Below the pieces are notes generated by a model. The model was not told where the DNA came from, did no database searches, and was given only the letters and a program-made list of their open reading frames with translations. Made by a program: the position numbers and the translations under genes. This document shows, piece after piece, positions 8,619 to 17,990 of a stretch of DNA of 64,000 nt; the stretch's first letter is position 1; each line of letters begins with the position of its first letter. This stretch comes from Patescibacteria group bacterium (lineage in GTDB: Bacteria > Patescibacteriota > Minisyncoccia > Phycocordibacterales > JAKAEA01). The DNA lies in contig JAZKCY010000001.1 of the NCBI GenBank assembly GCA_040387855.1, positions 910,922 to 974,921 on the forward strand, given 5' to 3'.

Positions 8619-9803
8619 CTACTGTGTTTGAGGGAATTCACCGAGTACAAGTGTAATAATACGCTCCTGACCAGATCGCAAAATTTTAAGACTTATCGTG
8701 TCACCTGGTTTCTTGTTCCGAATAATTGATGATACTGACTTATCAGCTGTGATTTTTGTTCCTTCTATTTCGAGAATTATATCTCCATCTTTTATGCCAG
8801 CTCGTTCTGCAGGTGAATCCTTAACAACCCCAGATTCACTTGCTCTACCACCACTTACTTCTACTCCATTTTCTACAGTACCATAGCGAATTCCCATATA
8901 AGGTCGACTCACTATCCCGCGAGTTCGTACAGAATCAACAGCAGTCTTCACACTATCTGCAGGTAAGGCAAATCCGATATTCTGTGATCCAATAGCTACA
9001 GCAACGTTTACTCCAATTACATTTCCAGCAAGATCAAGTAACGGACCACCAGAGTTTCCTGGATTAATAGCAGCATCCGTTTGAATTACTTCATTTAATT
9101 CTTCAGATACTCCTGCTCCGTTCCCTGCAATGAGTGATCGTGACAATCCAGAGACAACCCCCACAGAAACAGTATTTCTAAATTCACCCAGTGCATTTCC
9201 TATTGCAATTACTGTTTGTCCAAGCTGAATATCTTTTGAAGAAGCAAATGTAAGGTAAGGATAATCCTTGGCAAATTCTGGTTCGATTTTAATAAATGCT
9301 ATATCTTCAACAGGATCTTTTGCAACTACTTTTGCAGGATGTTTTTTACCATCGTTTGTATATACCGTGTATGCAGCATCTTCATCATTGACTACATGTT
9401 GGTTTGTTACGATAAGACCATCGGGAGCAACGAAGAATCCTGATCCCCCACCCACTTGTCGCTCTTCAGTTCCATTCTGCGTATATTCAGGAGTATCGAA
9501 AATATCACCAAACAAATCAAAGAACGGACTTCGCGATCGGTTGTTACTACGTTCAAACACAGGCACATCTTTTGTAATAATAATTGAAACTACTGCAGGG
9601 TTTGTTTTTTCTACAGCTTGAACGACTGAAGTATCAGCACCTTCAGAATGTGAAGCAACCATTGTTCCTTGATTACTACCTAACAGATACAAAGCCACTT
9701 GTGTCTTGTTTGAGAAAACCAAACCTACAGTAAGAGCAACTACTATAATTGCTGTAATTGCACTTGTAGCAATAACTATAAGAATATTTTTCTGATCATG
9801 CAT
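8619..9803 (-). CDS. htrA: HtrA/DegP-family serine protease with a PDZ domain.
   Basis: The trypsin-like catalytic motif GNSGGPLLDLAGNVIGVN is present, with an N-terminal transmembrane helix and a C-terminal PDZ domain. Confidence 0.9.
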   Translation of the reverse strand: MHDQKNILIVIATSAITAIIVVALTVGLVFSNKTQVALYLLGSNQGTMVASHSEGADTSVVQAVEKTNPAVVSIIITKDVPVFERSNNRSRSPFFDLFGDIFDTPEYTQNGTEERQVGGGSGFFVAPDGLIVTNQHVVNDEDAAYTVYTNDGKKHPAKVVAKDPVEDIAFIKIEPEFAKDYPYLTFASSKDIQLGQTVIAIGNALGEFRNTVSVGVVSGLSRSLIAGNGAGVSEELNEVIQTDAAINPGNSGGPLLDLAGNVIGVNVAVAIGSQNIGFALPADSVKTAVDSVRTRGIVSRPYMGIRYGTVENGVEVSGGRASESGVVKDSPAERAGIKDGDIILEIEGTKITADKSVSSIIRNKKPGDTISLKILRSGQERIITLVLGEFPQTQ

Positions 9804-9806
9804 AGG

Positions 9807-10340
9807 TTAATCGTGAAGACTTACTAATTTATTAAGATCTGCGTATCTCACTTTTGCGTTACCTCGCAGCGCACATATTTTTATAAACTCCTGATTATCA
9901 TTTACTGTTGCCGTAATGAGACGCAATGATGGATAATTTGTTTCAGCATTTGTGGTATTAAGTACCCGAACATCATACTTAGTAAGAATTCCCATTGCTG
10001 TTGCGAAATTCACATCAGAAGTAAAACCCACTAAAATAGAACCACGTTCATATTCAGTATTTGTTGCCCGTGTTTGCTCCCACAAATCTTCAGCACATGC
10101 TGCGGAATTATTTGGAGCTGGAGATGGAGTTGCTGTAGTTGATGATCCAGTAGATGTTTTTATACCTGAATTTTCCGATTCTGGTGTAGTACTAGCACTA
10201 TCTGTAATTATAGGAGTTGATGTAGCGACAGGTGGTCTATAGGGAATCGCTCGAGATGGACGTGACGTAAGATATAATCCCCACCCGATTAAACCAAACA
10301 AAATGACGATACTACCAATGATATAACTTCGTGTTCTCAT
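9807..10340 (-). CDS. Membrane-anchored hypothetical protein.
   Basis: A transmembrane helix is followed by an S/T-rich linker and a globular domain. Confidence 0.45.
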   Translation of the reverse strand: MRTRSYIIGSIVILFGLIGWGLYLTSRPSRAIPYRPPVATSTPIITDSASTTPESENSGIKTSTGSSTTATPSPAPNNSAACAEDLWEQTRATNTEYERGSILVGFTSDVNFATAMGILTKYDVRVLNTTNAETNYPSLRLITATVNDNQEFIKICALRGNAKVRYADLNKLVSLHD

Positions 10341-10355
10341 ACTCTCTATTATACC

Positions 10356-10817
10356 CTAAGATATTTGAGAGGTGCACTGCGGACAACGGGTTGCCTTAAT
10401 TGGGATAACAGACATACAAAATGGACATGGTTTGGTTGTCGGAATTTCTTCATTGCCTTCATTTCTTCGTCGGTGAAGTGCATTCATCCATCGAACCAAC
10501 ATAAATACCACAAACGCGGTAATAATAAAGCTGATTACATCATTTATGAATAATCCGTATTTAAGCACTGGAGCGCCTGCCTGTTCTGCATCTGCTAAAG
10601 ATTTAAAATCTTGACGACTTAGGTCAAAATAAAGATTTGAAAAGTTAACTTTGTTGAGTGCTAGTCCAATAGGCGGAAGTACAATATTTTTAACAAGAGA
10701 ATTAACGAGATTATTGAATCCAGCACCAACAATAATACCAACAGCGAGATCAATAACATTTCCACGAAGTGCAAATTCTTTAAATTCCCGAGCTAAATTT
10801 TTTGCTGAAAAAATCAT
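10356..10817 (-). CDS. mscL: Large-conductance mechanosensitive channel MscL with a C-terminal Zn-ribbon extension.
   Basis: FALRGNVIDLAVGIIVGAGF is the MscL signature. The C-terminal CPFC...CPQC is a 4-Cys ribbon. Confidence 0.85.
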   Translation of the reverse strand: MIFSAKNLAREFKEFALRGNVIDLAVGIIVGAGFNNLVNSLVKNIVLPPIGLALNKVNFSNLYFDLSRQDFKSLADAEQAGAPVLKYGLFINDVISFIITAFVVFMLVRWMNALHRRRNEGNEEIPTTKPCPFCMSVIPIKATRCPQCTSQIS

Positions 10818-10822
10818 ACTAA

Positions 10823-11314
10823 TTAAGATTTAAATACCCACAAGCGATTAAGAAAAAAGTTCCAAAATATTGTTACTAATGTTGCTACAATTTTTGCTAC
10901 AAGATCATGCATACCAATATATCTTCGTAAAACTGCAAAAAGAGCAAGACTCAACAACAATGCAGTAATAGTACTGATATAAAACTTTGTAGCCTCTCCC
11001 ATTGATGCTCGCTCTTGTCGTTTGAATGTCCATGAGCGATTGAGGAAATAACTAAAAGTTGCGGCAGCAGCAAATGCAATAATGATAGCTATAGCATACT
11101 TACTATCACCTTCCAGTAATGTGAGTGGTGAATATCGAGTGAGTATATAATACGCACAAAAGTCTATTGCTGTGTTTGCTACACCAATAATACCAAATTT
11201 CACAAACTGGTGAAGTGATTGTTGAGTCTTATGTGATTTTACAAACACAGCTATACAAGCTAAGACAAGACCATCAAATCTAGTAATAAGAGAGTTCATG
11301 GAAATAGTATACAC
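10823..11314 (-). CDS. GtrA-family membrane protein.
   Basis: FVKFGIIGVANTAIDFCAYYIL is typical of GtrA, with 4 transmembrane helices. Confidence 0.75.
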   Translation of the reverse strand: MYTISMNSLITRFDGLVLACIAVFVKSHKTQQSLHQFVKFGIIGVANTAIDFCAYYILTRYSPLTLLEGDSKYAIAIIIAFAAAATFSYFLNRSWTFKRQERASMGEATKFYISTITALLLSLALFAVLRRYIGMHDLVAKIVATLVTIFWNFFLNRLWVFKS

Positions 11315-12489
11315 TAGCCAACCTGTGTTCCGTTTTCATACACAGCAGGAATAACGATCAAGTGATTCTTGATAAGAAATATCCATGACACTGTGAGGTT
11401 CCATGCAAAGCTAATAGTTGTTGCTAATACAATTGCAAGAATATCATTTACCCCAAGTACTAGGAATGATGTAAGTGCTGAAGTGTTTATAAAGAATGCG
11501 GCTGCAAGAATAGCGTACATTGTAACTCGCCCACTTCGTGTCTGTGTTGATTGTGGGAATACCCAGTACGAACCAGTAAGCAAGATTGGAAGACTTCCAA
11601 TAAAGAATGCAGCACTCTTCGCAATGATAAGATGATCAGCAAAAAATGGAATTGATCGAGTGAGTGCTAAATAAAAGATCCAGTCTATTGCAGTGTTGAT
11701 TGCTCCTAAAATCAAAAACTTAGCTAGAATAATATGTCGCTGATCTCCAAGTCGTTTATCATACATACCATAAATTCCGTTTGAGAGATTGAGCTTAATC
11801 TGAAATGTTTCCTTAAGCATCCGAACCATTCCCTTTAATGTTACGTGTGTTCGTTCATCATTTACCCAAGTAATTGGTTCTTCTTTAATCTTAAAACCAA
11901 ACAATTTTGCGATAGCAAGAATTTCCACATCAAATGCCCATGCAACTATTTTTTGCTTGCTAAATATCTTTTCTGCAGCTTTAGCTGTAAACATTTTAAA
12001 ACCGTTTTGTGAATCTGTAATTCCTAGAGGAACCATCATATGAATCATTGTTCGAAATATAGTTCCCAATAATTCACGTAATTTACTCTGATCTTTCACG
12101 AGCACAGATCCATCGATTCGACGAGAACTTACAACAACATCATACCCTTCTTCAAATTTAGGAAAAAATTGTTCAACATGATCAATAGTTGTTGAATTGT
12201 CTGCATCCATAAAGAGGCGGTACTGCCCGGTTGCTTCTAGCATACCTTGTCGTACGACAAAGCCTTTACCGTGATTTTTAGCATTATTACTCAAACGGAG
12301 GTTTTGAATAGATGGAAGTAAGTTTTGTACTACTTCAGCTGTTGTGTCTTTAGAACCGTCATTTACCACGATAATTTCGTAGGTGTAATGTTGTGACTTT
12401 AAATACGTATCAATAGAAAGGAGCGTAGCCTCAATTCGTTCAGCTTCGTTGTATGCCGGTATTACGACAGATAAAAGGGGGTTTTGCAT
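11314..12489 (-). CDS. Family 2 glycosyltransferase (GT2), DPM1-like, with a C-terminal GtrA-like membrane domain.
   Basis: LSVVIPAYNEAERI...VVNDGSKD...FMDADNS carries the DxD motif. The C-terminus contains AINTAIDWIFYLAL. Confidence 0.8.
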   Translation of the reverse strand: MQNPLLSVVIPAYNEAERIEATLLSIDTYLKSQHYTYEIIVVNDGSKDTTAEVVQNLLPSIQNLRLSNNAKNHGKGFVVRQGMLEATGQYRLFMDADNSTTIDHVEQFFPKFEEGYDVVVSSRRIDGSVLVKDQSKLRELLGTIFRTMIHMMVPLGITDSQNGFKMFTAKAAEKIFSKQKIVAWAFDVEILAIAKLFGFKIKEEPITWVNDERTHVTLKGMVRMLKETFQIKLNLSNGIYGMYDKRLGDQRHIILAKFLILGAINTAIDWIFYLALTRSIPFFADHLIIAKSAAFFIGSLPILLTGSYWVFPQSTQTRSGRVTMYAILAAAFFINTSALTSFLVLGVNDILAIVLATTISFAWNLTVSWIFLIKNHLIVIPAVYENGTQVG

Positions 12490-12536
12490 GGTGATTTTAT
12501 AATCTATGCATAGTGTGACGGTAAAAGACCGATTCT

Positions 12537-12595
12537 CTTACAGATTAAGAAGCAAACGCGGGTATTATTATACCTGTAAGAATAAGCCTTTTTTA
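12537..12595 (+). promoter_or_regulatory. Structured leader element with a T-run upstream of the + strand polysaccharide operon.
   Basis: A 7-bp stem CTTACAG...CTGTAAG encloses an inner GGTAT...ATACC hairpin and is followed by CCTTTTTT. It lies in the divergent intergenic region. Confidence 0.25.
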
Positions 12596-12644
12596 GCGTC
12601 TTTATTCCTGAGACCGCAATCGAAATCCATTAACTGAGAAATTT

Positions 12645-13232
12645 ATGACCATCAAAAAATTACTAAAATTACTGCTCATCCTTATCATAGTTGTAGCATT
12701 TTCAAGCACAACAATAAAGGCTTTTGCCGCAGTTGAAGATAAAGCCAACAGTAAAAAGGACGACGATGCCTCACCTACTTTATCAGAAGTCATCAAAGAC
12801 TTGGTAGCTCCCTCACAGGCAACCACAACTGAGCCAGTTGCAGAACAAGAACAAACAGCTACAACAACACCCGTTGTAGAGCCAAAAGAAGAACCAAAGA
12901 CGGTTGAAGAAGTTCTTAATACAGTTATCCCTCCACGAGATACCCCACAGAAAAACCCACCTACAAAATCAACAATAGGCACAACTACTCCAGTTGCAGG
13001 ATCAACAGACGAGACTCCTTTCCAACGTCTTATTGGTGGAATTACACAAGGTTACTCACCTACTAATTACTACTCACCTCTCAATTCACTAAGCCCAATG
13101 GCGACCTATGCATTTAGCTTTTGTGCAATGGTTATGGGAATAGCTGGCGCAGTATGCATTCTACGTGATCCACGTGAAGCAACGGTCTGGGCACCAGAAT
13201 CTATGGCAACATCACCATTATTAGAGCAATAA
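12645..13232 (+). CDS. Secreted or surface hypothetical protein with a Thr/Pro-rich linker.
   Basis: It has a signal peptide, a TTTP-rich low-complexity stretch and a C-terminal hydrophobic segment. It is the first gene of the GH8-GT2-GT-C operon, ending 17 nt before the GH8 start. Confidence 0.5.
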   Translation: MTIKKLLKLLLILIIVVAFSSTTIKAFAAVEDKANSKKDDDASPTLSEVIKDLVAPSQATTTEPVAEQEQTATTTPVVEPKEEPKTVEEVLNTVIPPRDTPQKNPPTKSTIGTTTPVAGSTDETPFQRLIGGITQGYSPTNYYSPLNSLSPMATYAFSFCAMVMGIAGAVCILRDPREATVWAPESMATSPLLEQ

Positions 13233-13248
13233 TCCAACTACCATCACA

Positions 13249-14445
13249 ATGTCACGAAAAACCTGGGGGATATTTTTATTAGTCGGAGCATTCCTAATTT
13301 TAGGATTTGTTGCGTATAAAAATAGTCCAAAACGACAAGTACCAATCATTTTCTCACCTCGAACTGAACTTCTTACACTGTGGGAAGCATACAAACAAGA
13401 ATATATCGAGAAAGGAAGTTTTCGAGTACTTGATAAACAAAAAGATTCTATAACCACATCTGAAGGTCAAAGTTATGCAATGCTTAGAGCAGTGTGGCTT
13501 GATGACAAACCAACGTTTGATGGAGTGTGGAAGTTTACAAAAGACAATCTTCAACACAAAGAAGGAGATAAGCTTTTTGCATGGCTCTTTGGTAAGCAGC
13601 CAGATGGTTCATACGGAATTATGACAAGCCAAGGTGGCCAAAACAGTGCAACTGATGCAGATACAGATATTGCTCTTGCTCTTATCTTTGCTTCTGCGCG
13701 ATGGAACAATCAGGATTATTTAAATGAAGCAAAATTGATTCTTGATAGTGTTTGGGCGCACGAAGTAGTCGATATTAAAGGCCGACCATACCTTGTTGCA
13801 AACAATCTCGAGAAAAACTCACCAACAACAATGGTGGTCAATCCTTCATACTTCTCTCCTTATGCATATCGAGTATTTGCAAAAGTTGATCCAACACATA
13901 ACTGGATGGGCCTTGTAGATACTTCATATGAAGTACTAGAAAAGAGTATGGCGGCTCCTCTTGATCAAACAAAGAGTGCAAATATTCCACCAGACTGGAT
14001 TTTCCTCGATAAAACCAATGGCGCGATCTTACCACCAAAGGCAGAAAATCTTTCTACCAACTTTGGATATGATGCACTTCGCACACCATGGAGAATTGCG
14101 CTTGATTGGCAGTGGTTTGAAGAACCTCGAGCAAAAGCGCTCTTAACTGATATGAAATTCCTAAGCGAACAATGGAATAGTAATTCTGTATTGTATGTGC
14201 CATATAAGCACAATGGCGAACCTGCTGAGAAACATCAATCTGCGGCCTTCTATGGCGGTACAATTGGTTATTTCATGGTAGCAGATCCAGAGAATGCAAA
14301 GGTCATTTATGACAATAAACTCCAAGTACTTTACAACCCAGATACAAATTCTTGGAAAGTTAAGCTCGGCTATTACGACGATAACTGGGTATGGTTTGGA
14401 ATTGCACTTTATAACAATCTTCTCCCAAATCTCGCAGCAAATTAA
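13249..14445 (+). CDS. Glycoside hydrolase family 8 endoglucanase (BcsZ/CelY-like).
   Basis: The GH8 signature A-T-D-A-D-T-D-I-A-L-A-L-I-F-A-S-A-R-W matches exactly. SEGQSYAMLRAV and an N-terminal signal anchor are also present. Confidence 0.85.
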   Translation: MSRKTWGIFLLVGAFLILGFVAYKNSPKRQVPIIFSPRTELLTLWEAYKQEYIEKGSFRVLDKQKDSITTSEGQSYAMLRAVWLDDKPTFDGVWKFTKDNLQHKEGDKLFAWLFGKQPDGSYGIMTSQGGQNSATDADTDIALALIFASARWNNQDYLNEAKLILDSVWAHEVVDIKGRPYLVANNLEKNSPTTMVVNPSYFSPYAYRVFAKVDPTHNWMGLVDTSYEVLEKSMAAPLDQTKSANIPPDWIFLDKTNGAILPPKAENLSTNFGYDALRTPWRIALDWQWFEEPRAKALLTDMKFLSEQWNSNSVLYVPYKHNGEPAEKHQSAAFYGGTIGYFMVADPENAKVIYDNKLQVLYNPDTNSWKVKLGYYDDNWVWFGIALYNNLLPNLAAN

Positions 14446-14456
14446 TTATCACCATT

Positions 14457-16004
14457 ATGACACCCTACACAAAAACAGCCTTGCCTTCGAAGATGTCGTT
14501 TCTGTTCAACAACATCCCAAAATTCTTGGTATTTGTTGATATTGTGATTGCGATTATTTACACATTTATACTTACCTTCTGGTTTCAGGTATCAAATGTG
14601 TATCTTTTCAGTGCACTTATTGTAGGGCAAGCATTCTCATTGTGGATGGCACTCACCTTCCTTTACACCATTTGGGACATGTCATACATGCCAGAAGGTG
14701 ATGATTCTTTTAGTGAGCCTGTAGATGTATACATTACTGTAGCTGGTGAACCAACAAACATTGTTGAAGAAACACTTGTCGCAGCTCTTGCAATGGAGTA
14801 TCCAAAGTTTAGTGTCTATCTTTTGAACGATGGATTTGTTGCTAAAAAAGACAATTGGAAAGAAATTGAAGACTTAGCTATTAAATACGGTGCTGGATGT
14901 ATCACACGTACAGTTCCTGGAGGAGCAAAAGCAGGAAATATAAATAACGCACTCAAGAATACAACAAGTCCATTTGTTGCTATCTTTGATGCTGATCATA
15001 TTCCTCACAAAGACTTCCTTCAAAAGACAATGCGATACTTTGCAGATGAAAAAATGGCATTCGTACAGTCTCCTCAATACTACAAAAACTATGCTACAAA
15101 TTATGTAACTCGTGGTGCATGGGATCAACAGTCACTCTTTTTCGGATCAATTCTTAAAGGAAAGAATCGTCACAATGCAGTAAGTATGTGTGGAACCAAC
15201 ATGGTTATCCGACGTGAACCCCTAATTGCAGTAGGTGGTATGTGTGATACCAACATTGCTGAAGACTTCGTAACAGGTCTTATGATCCACAAGCTTGGAT
15301 ACAAGTCTACCTATGTTCCTGAAGTACTCGCAGAAGGACTCGCACCAGAAGACTTCCTGTCATATTACAAGCAGCAGCTACGATGGGCACGAGGGAGTTT
15401 GGAAGTGCTTTTCAAGTACAATCCAATCTTTAGTAGAAAACTCACATGGGCACAAAAGATTCAATACATGTCATCTGCTAGTTATTACCTTTCAGGAATC
15501 TTTGTGATCATGAATGCGATAATTCCAATTATCTTCTTCTTTACTGGTTCTGTTCCCTTCCTGATTTCAACAATGGCATTGGCAATTGTGTTTATTCCTT
15601 ATATCTTCTTACTCATTTACAGTCTCCAGCTTTCAACCAACTTCACCTATAGCTTCCAAGCAATCGCATTCTCAATGGCATCATGGTCTATTCATGTCCG
15701 CGCATTATACGAGCTTATTATTGGAAGAAAGAGTGGGTTCGCGATTACTTCAAAAACAGCGATTAAAGGAAACTTTATAAAACTAGTACGTCCTCATATT
15801 GCTTACTATGTGATAGCATTAATTGGTCTCGGTGTTGCTCTCTTCCGAGAAGGATTGAGCGCATCGGTATCAACAAACATGGCATGGGTGCTTTTGAATG
15901 TTGTCATCTTTTACCCATTTATTAAAGCATCACTTCCTGAAAAGGAATCAAAGGAAGAAGCAGCCGTTGTAACTACAAACGCATATGCATTACCAAAACG
16001 ATAA
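14457..16004 (+). CDS. Processive GT2 beta-glycan synthase, BcsA/cellulose-synthase-like catalytic subunit (no PilZ domain).
   Basis: The BcsA catalytic motifs are present: DAD (FDADH), AED (IAEDFVTG), the QxxRW motif as KQQLRWARGSLEV, and VSMCGTN in place of FFCGS. Transmembrane helices flank the catalytic domain. Confidence 0.8.
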   Translation: MTPYTKTALPSKMSFLFNNIPKFLVFVDIVIAIIYTFILTFWFQVSNVYLFSALIVGQAFSLWMALTFLYTIWDMSYMPEGDDSFSEPVDVYITVAGEPTNIVEETLVAALAMEYPKFSVYLLNDGFVAKKDNWKEIEDLAIKYGAGCITRTVPGGAKAGNINNALKNTTSPFVAIFDADHIPHKDFLQKTMRYFADEKMAFVQSPQYYKNYATNYVTRGAWDQQSLFFGSILKGKNRHNAVSMCGTNMVIRREPLIAVGGMCDTNIAEDFVTGLMIHKLGYKSTYVPEVLAEGLAPEDFLSYYKQQLRWARGSLEVLFKYNPIFSRKLTWAQKIQYMSSASYYLSGIFVIMNAIIPIIFFFTGSVPFLISTMALAIVFIPYIFLLIYSLQLSTNFTYSFQAIAFSMASWSIHVRALYELIIGRKSGFAITSKTAIKGNFIKLVRPHIAYYVIALIGLGVALFREGLSASVSTNMAWVLLNVVIFYPFIKASLPEKESKEEAAVVTTNAYALPKR

Positions 16005-17490
16005 AACTAATAATGATCGAAGTGCCTTTCTCCCACTATTGGGCCTCATTATCTTTGTAATTGCAATTGCGTTCCTTTTCTTTACTCAGCAAAGTCTACG
16101 CCTCGATGAAGCGCAAAGTTTATGGCAAACAAGTCATACGCCAACTAAAATATTAAACATCATTGCTCAAGATGTGCATGTACCGTTTTATCACATGATC
16201 TTGCACTTCTGGCAGTTATTTCTTGGTAATACCGTAGAAACAGGACGAGCACTTTCTCTCATTTTCTTTGTGCTCTCAATTCCTGCAATGTACTTCTTAG
16301 GTAAACGTGCATTCAATAGAAATGTTGCGTTGTTTGCAACAACTCTCTATGCTGTTTCACCATTTATGAATTGGTACGGAAGTGAAATTCGAATGTACAG
16401 TTTGCTTACACTTCTTACAATTCTTTCTCAGTATTTCTTCTTAGGAATCTATAAATTACGAGATGGTGATTCTTGGATTGGATATTCTATTGTTGCACTC
16501 TTTGGAATCTTCACCCACTACTTCTTCTTCTTTGTACTTCTTGTACAAGCATTATTCTATTTTATTTATCGACCTGGCTTTGCACCCAATTCACTTAAAA
16601 AATTTATAACTATAGCTGTACTTTTGGTACTCATATTTAGTCCATGGGTCTACTATATGCAAATTCAAGGTAGTGGAAGTACTACAGCTCCAATGCTTAC
16701 TGCTCCATCTACTATTGATGTTTTCAATTCATTCTCACAATTCTTGTTCGGATTCCAGAATGATCACATGAATACCCTTCTTGTTTCATTGTGGCCAATT
16801 ACAGTGCTCTTAGGATTCTTGGCTTTACGAGAAAACGAAAAAGTATCTTCAGACGCAGTGTATATGTTGATGTCGATTTTGATTCCAATGGTAGCTGCGT
16901 TTGTGGTGAGTGTTACCCTTCGACCATTGTTTGTATCACGATATCTGATTCTCACCATACCTTCTTTGTATTTATTTATTGGTTGGGTATTTTCTACCTA
17001 TCCAAAGCAATTGCAGAATGTAGTAAAAGCAGTTCTTATCTTCGCAATGCTTGCTAGTCTTGCAATTGAAATTGTAAGTCCTACAACTCCAACCAAAGAA
17101 AACTACCGAGAAGCTGTAACCTATCTTGAACAGCGCACAACAGCTCAAGATGTTATTGTTCTCTCAGCACCATTCACTCGATACCCTGTAGAATATTATT
17201 ATCGTGGACCAGCAGAACTCACGACCCTTCCAATTTGGAATCAGCTTACTGGTGCTATGCCTCAGTTTAGTGAAGAAAAACTTCCAGAAGAAATCAACAC
17301 TATTAAGCAAGGTCATAAAATTGCCTGGGTTCTCTTAAGTTATGATCAGGGATATTCAGAAACAATCCGACTCTACATGGACAACAACTTTGAACGAATT
17401 GATACCCACGTATTCTCTCCCGACCTCAAACTCTATGTCTATAAATTAAACTACGACGAGCCAATCTTTGGTCAAGCTACATCTCAATAA
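15985..17490 (+). CDS. GT-C fold glycosyltransferase (family GT39/GT83, PMT_2/ArnT-like) membrane protein.
   Basis: The 501-aa polytopic protein has the N-terminal loop LRLDEAQSLWQT with a DE motif, and YAVSPFMNWYGSEIRMY. Its start overlaps the GT2 stop by 20 nt. Confidence 0.6.
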   Translation: MHYQNDKTNNDRSAFLPLLGLIIFVIAIAFLFFTQQSLRLDEAQSLWQTSHTPTKILNIIAQDVHVPFYHMILHFWQLFLGNTVETGRALSLIFFVLSIPAMYFLGKRAFNRNVALFATTLYAVSPFMNWYGSEIRMYSLLTLLTILSQYFFLGIYKLRDGDSWIGYSIVALFGIFTHYFFFFVLLVQALFYFIYRPGFAPNSLKKFITIAVLLVLIFSPWVYYMQIQGSGSTTAPMLTAPSTIDVFNSFSQFLFGFQNDHMNTLLVSLWPITVLLGFLALRENEKVSSDAVYMLMSILIPMVAAFVVSVTLRPLFVSRYLILTIPSLYLFIGWVFSTYPKQLQNVVKAVLIFAMLASLAIEIVSPTTPTKENYREAVTYLEQRTTAQDVIVLSAPFTRYPVEYYYRGPAELTTLPIWNQLTGAMPQFSEEKLPEEINTIKQGHKIAWVLLSYDQGYSETIRLYMDNNFERIDTHVFSPDLKLYVYKLNYDEPIFGQATSQ

Positions 17491-17491
17491 T

Positions 17492-17530
17492 AAAAACTAA
17501 AACACCCTGATTTAAATCAGGGTGTTTTGT
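17492..17530. terminator. Bidirectional intrinsic terminator.
   Basis: AAAAACTAAAA-CACCCTGATTTAAATCAGGGTG-TTTTGTT. The stem sequence is shared with the terminator at 3249. Confidence 0.6.
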
Positions 17531-17868
17531 TATGCTTCAGGATTTAATGATTCAATAAATGCCTGTACAGAATCAGGACTTTGAAAGTCAAAGAGTGTAC
17601 ATTTTTCTTCAGGCTTTTCCTTATCCGATACGAGGAGATAATATAATTCATACTGTTTGTAATTCTGATATTTAGTCTGTAGACGTGTAGCAAATCCCGT
17701 TAAGAGCTCTTTTGTCTTTTGTGGATCATCCATGTATAGATTAAGCAGGATTTGATCAAGTGATTTTGTAATCTGCTCACGGCTTTTTGGAGGCTCATGA
17801 TAAACATGTCCATGCTCATGATCATTTGTGGGTTCTTCTTCTTGATAACTACCAAAGCCCTCATTCAT
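17530..17868 (-). CDS. Hypothetical protein with a His-rich N-terminus.
   Basis: 112 aa (HEHGHVYHE). No known domain is recognisable. Confidence 0.45.
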   Translation of the reverse strand: MNEGFGSYQEEEPTNDHEHGHVYHEPPKSREQITKSLDQILLNLYMDDPQKTKELLTGFATRLQTKYQNYKQYELYYLLVSDKEKPEEKCTLFDFQSPDSVQAFIESLNPEA

Positions 17869-17990
17869 ACCTTAATTATGAACTCAATATTTTTTTTGTA
17901 CAGTATATTAGTATGATCATTCTTGCATTTACCTTTGAAACTTGTAGTATTGCCACTGGACGAGATGTCACCCACACAAGGAGGTTAACC

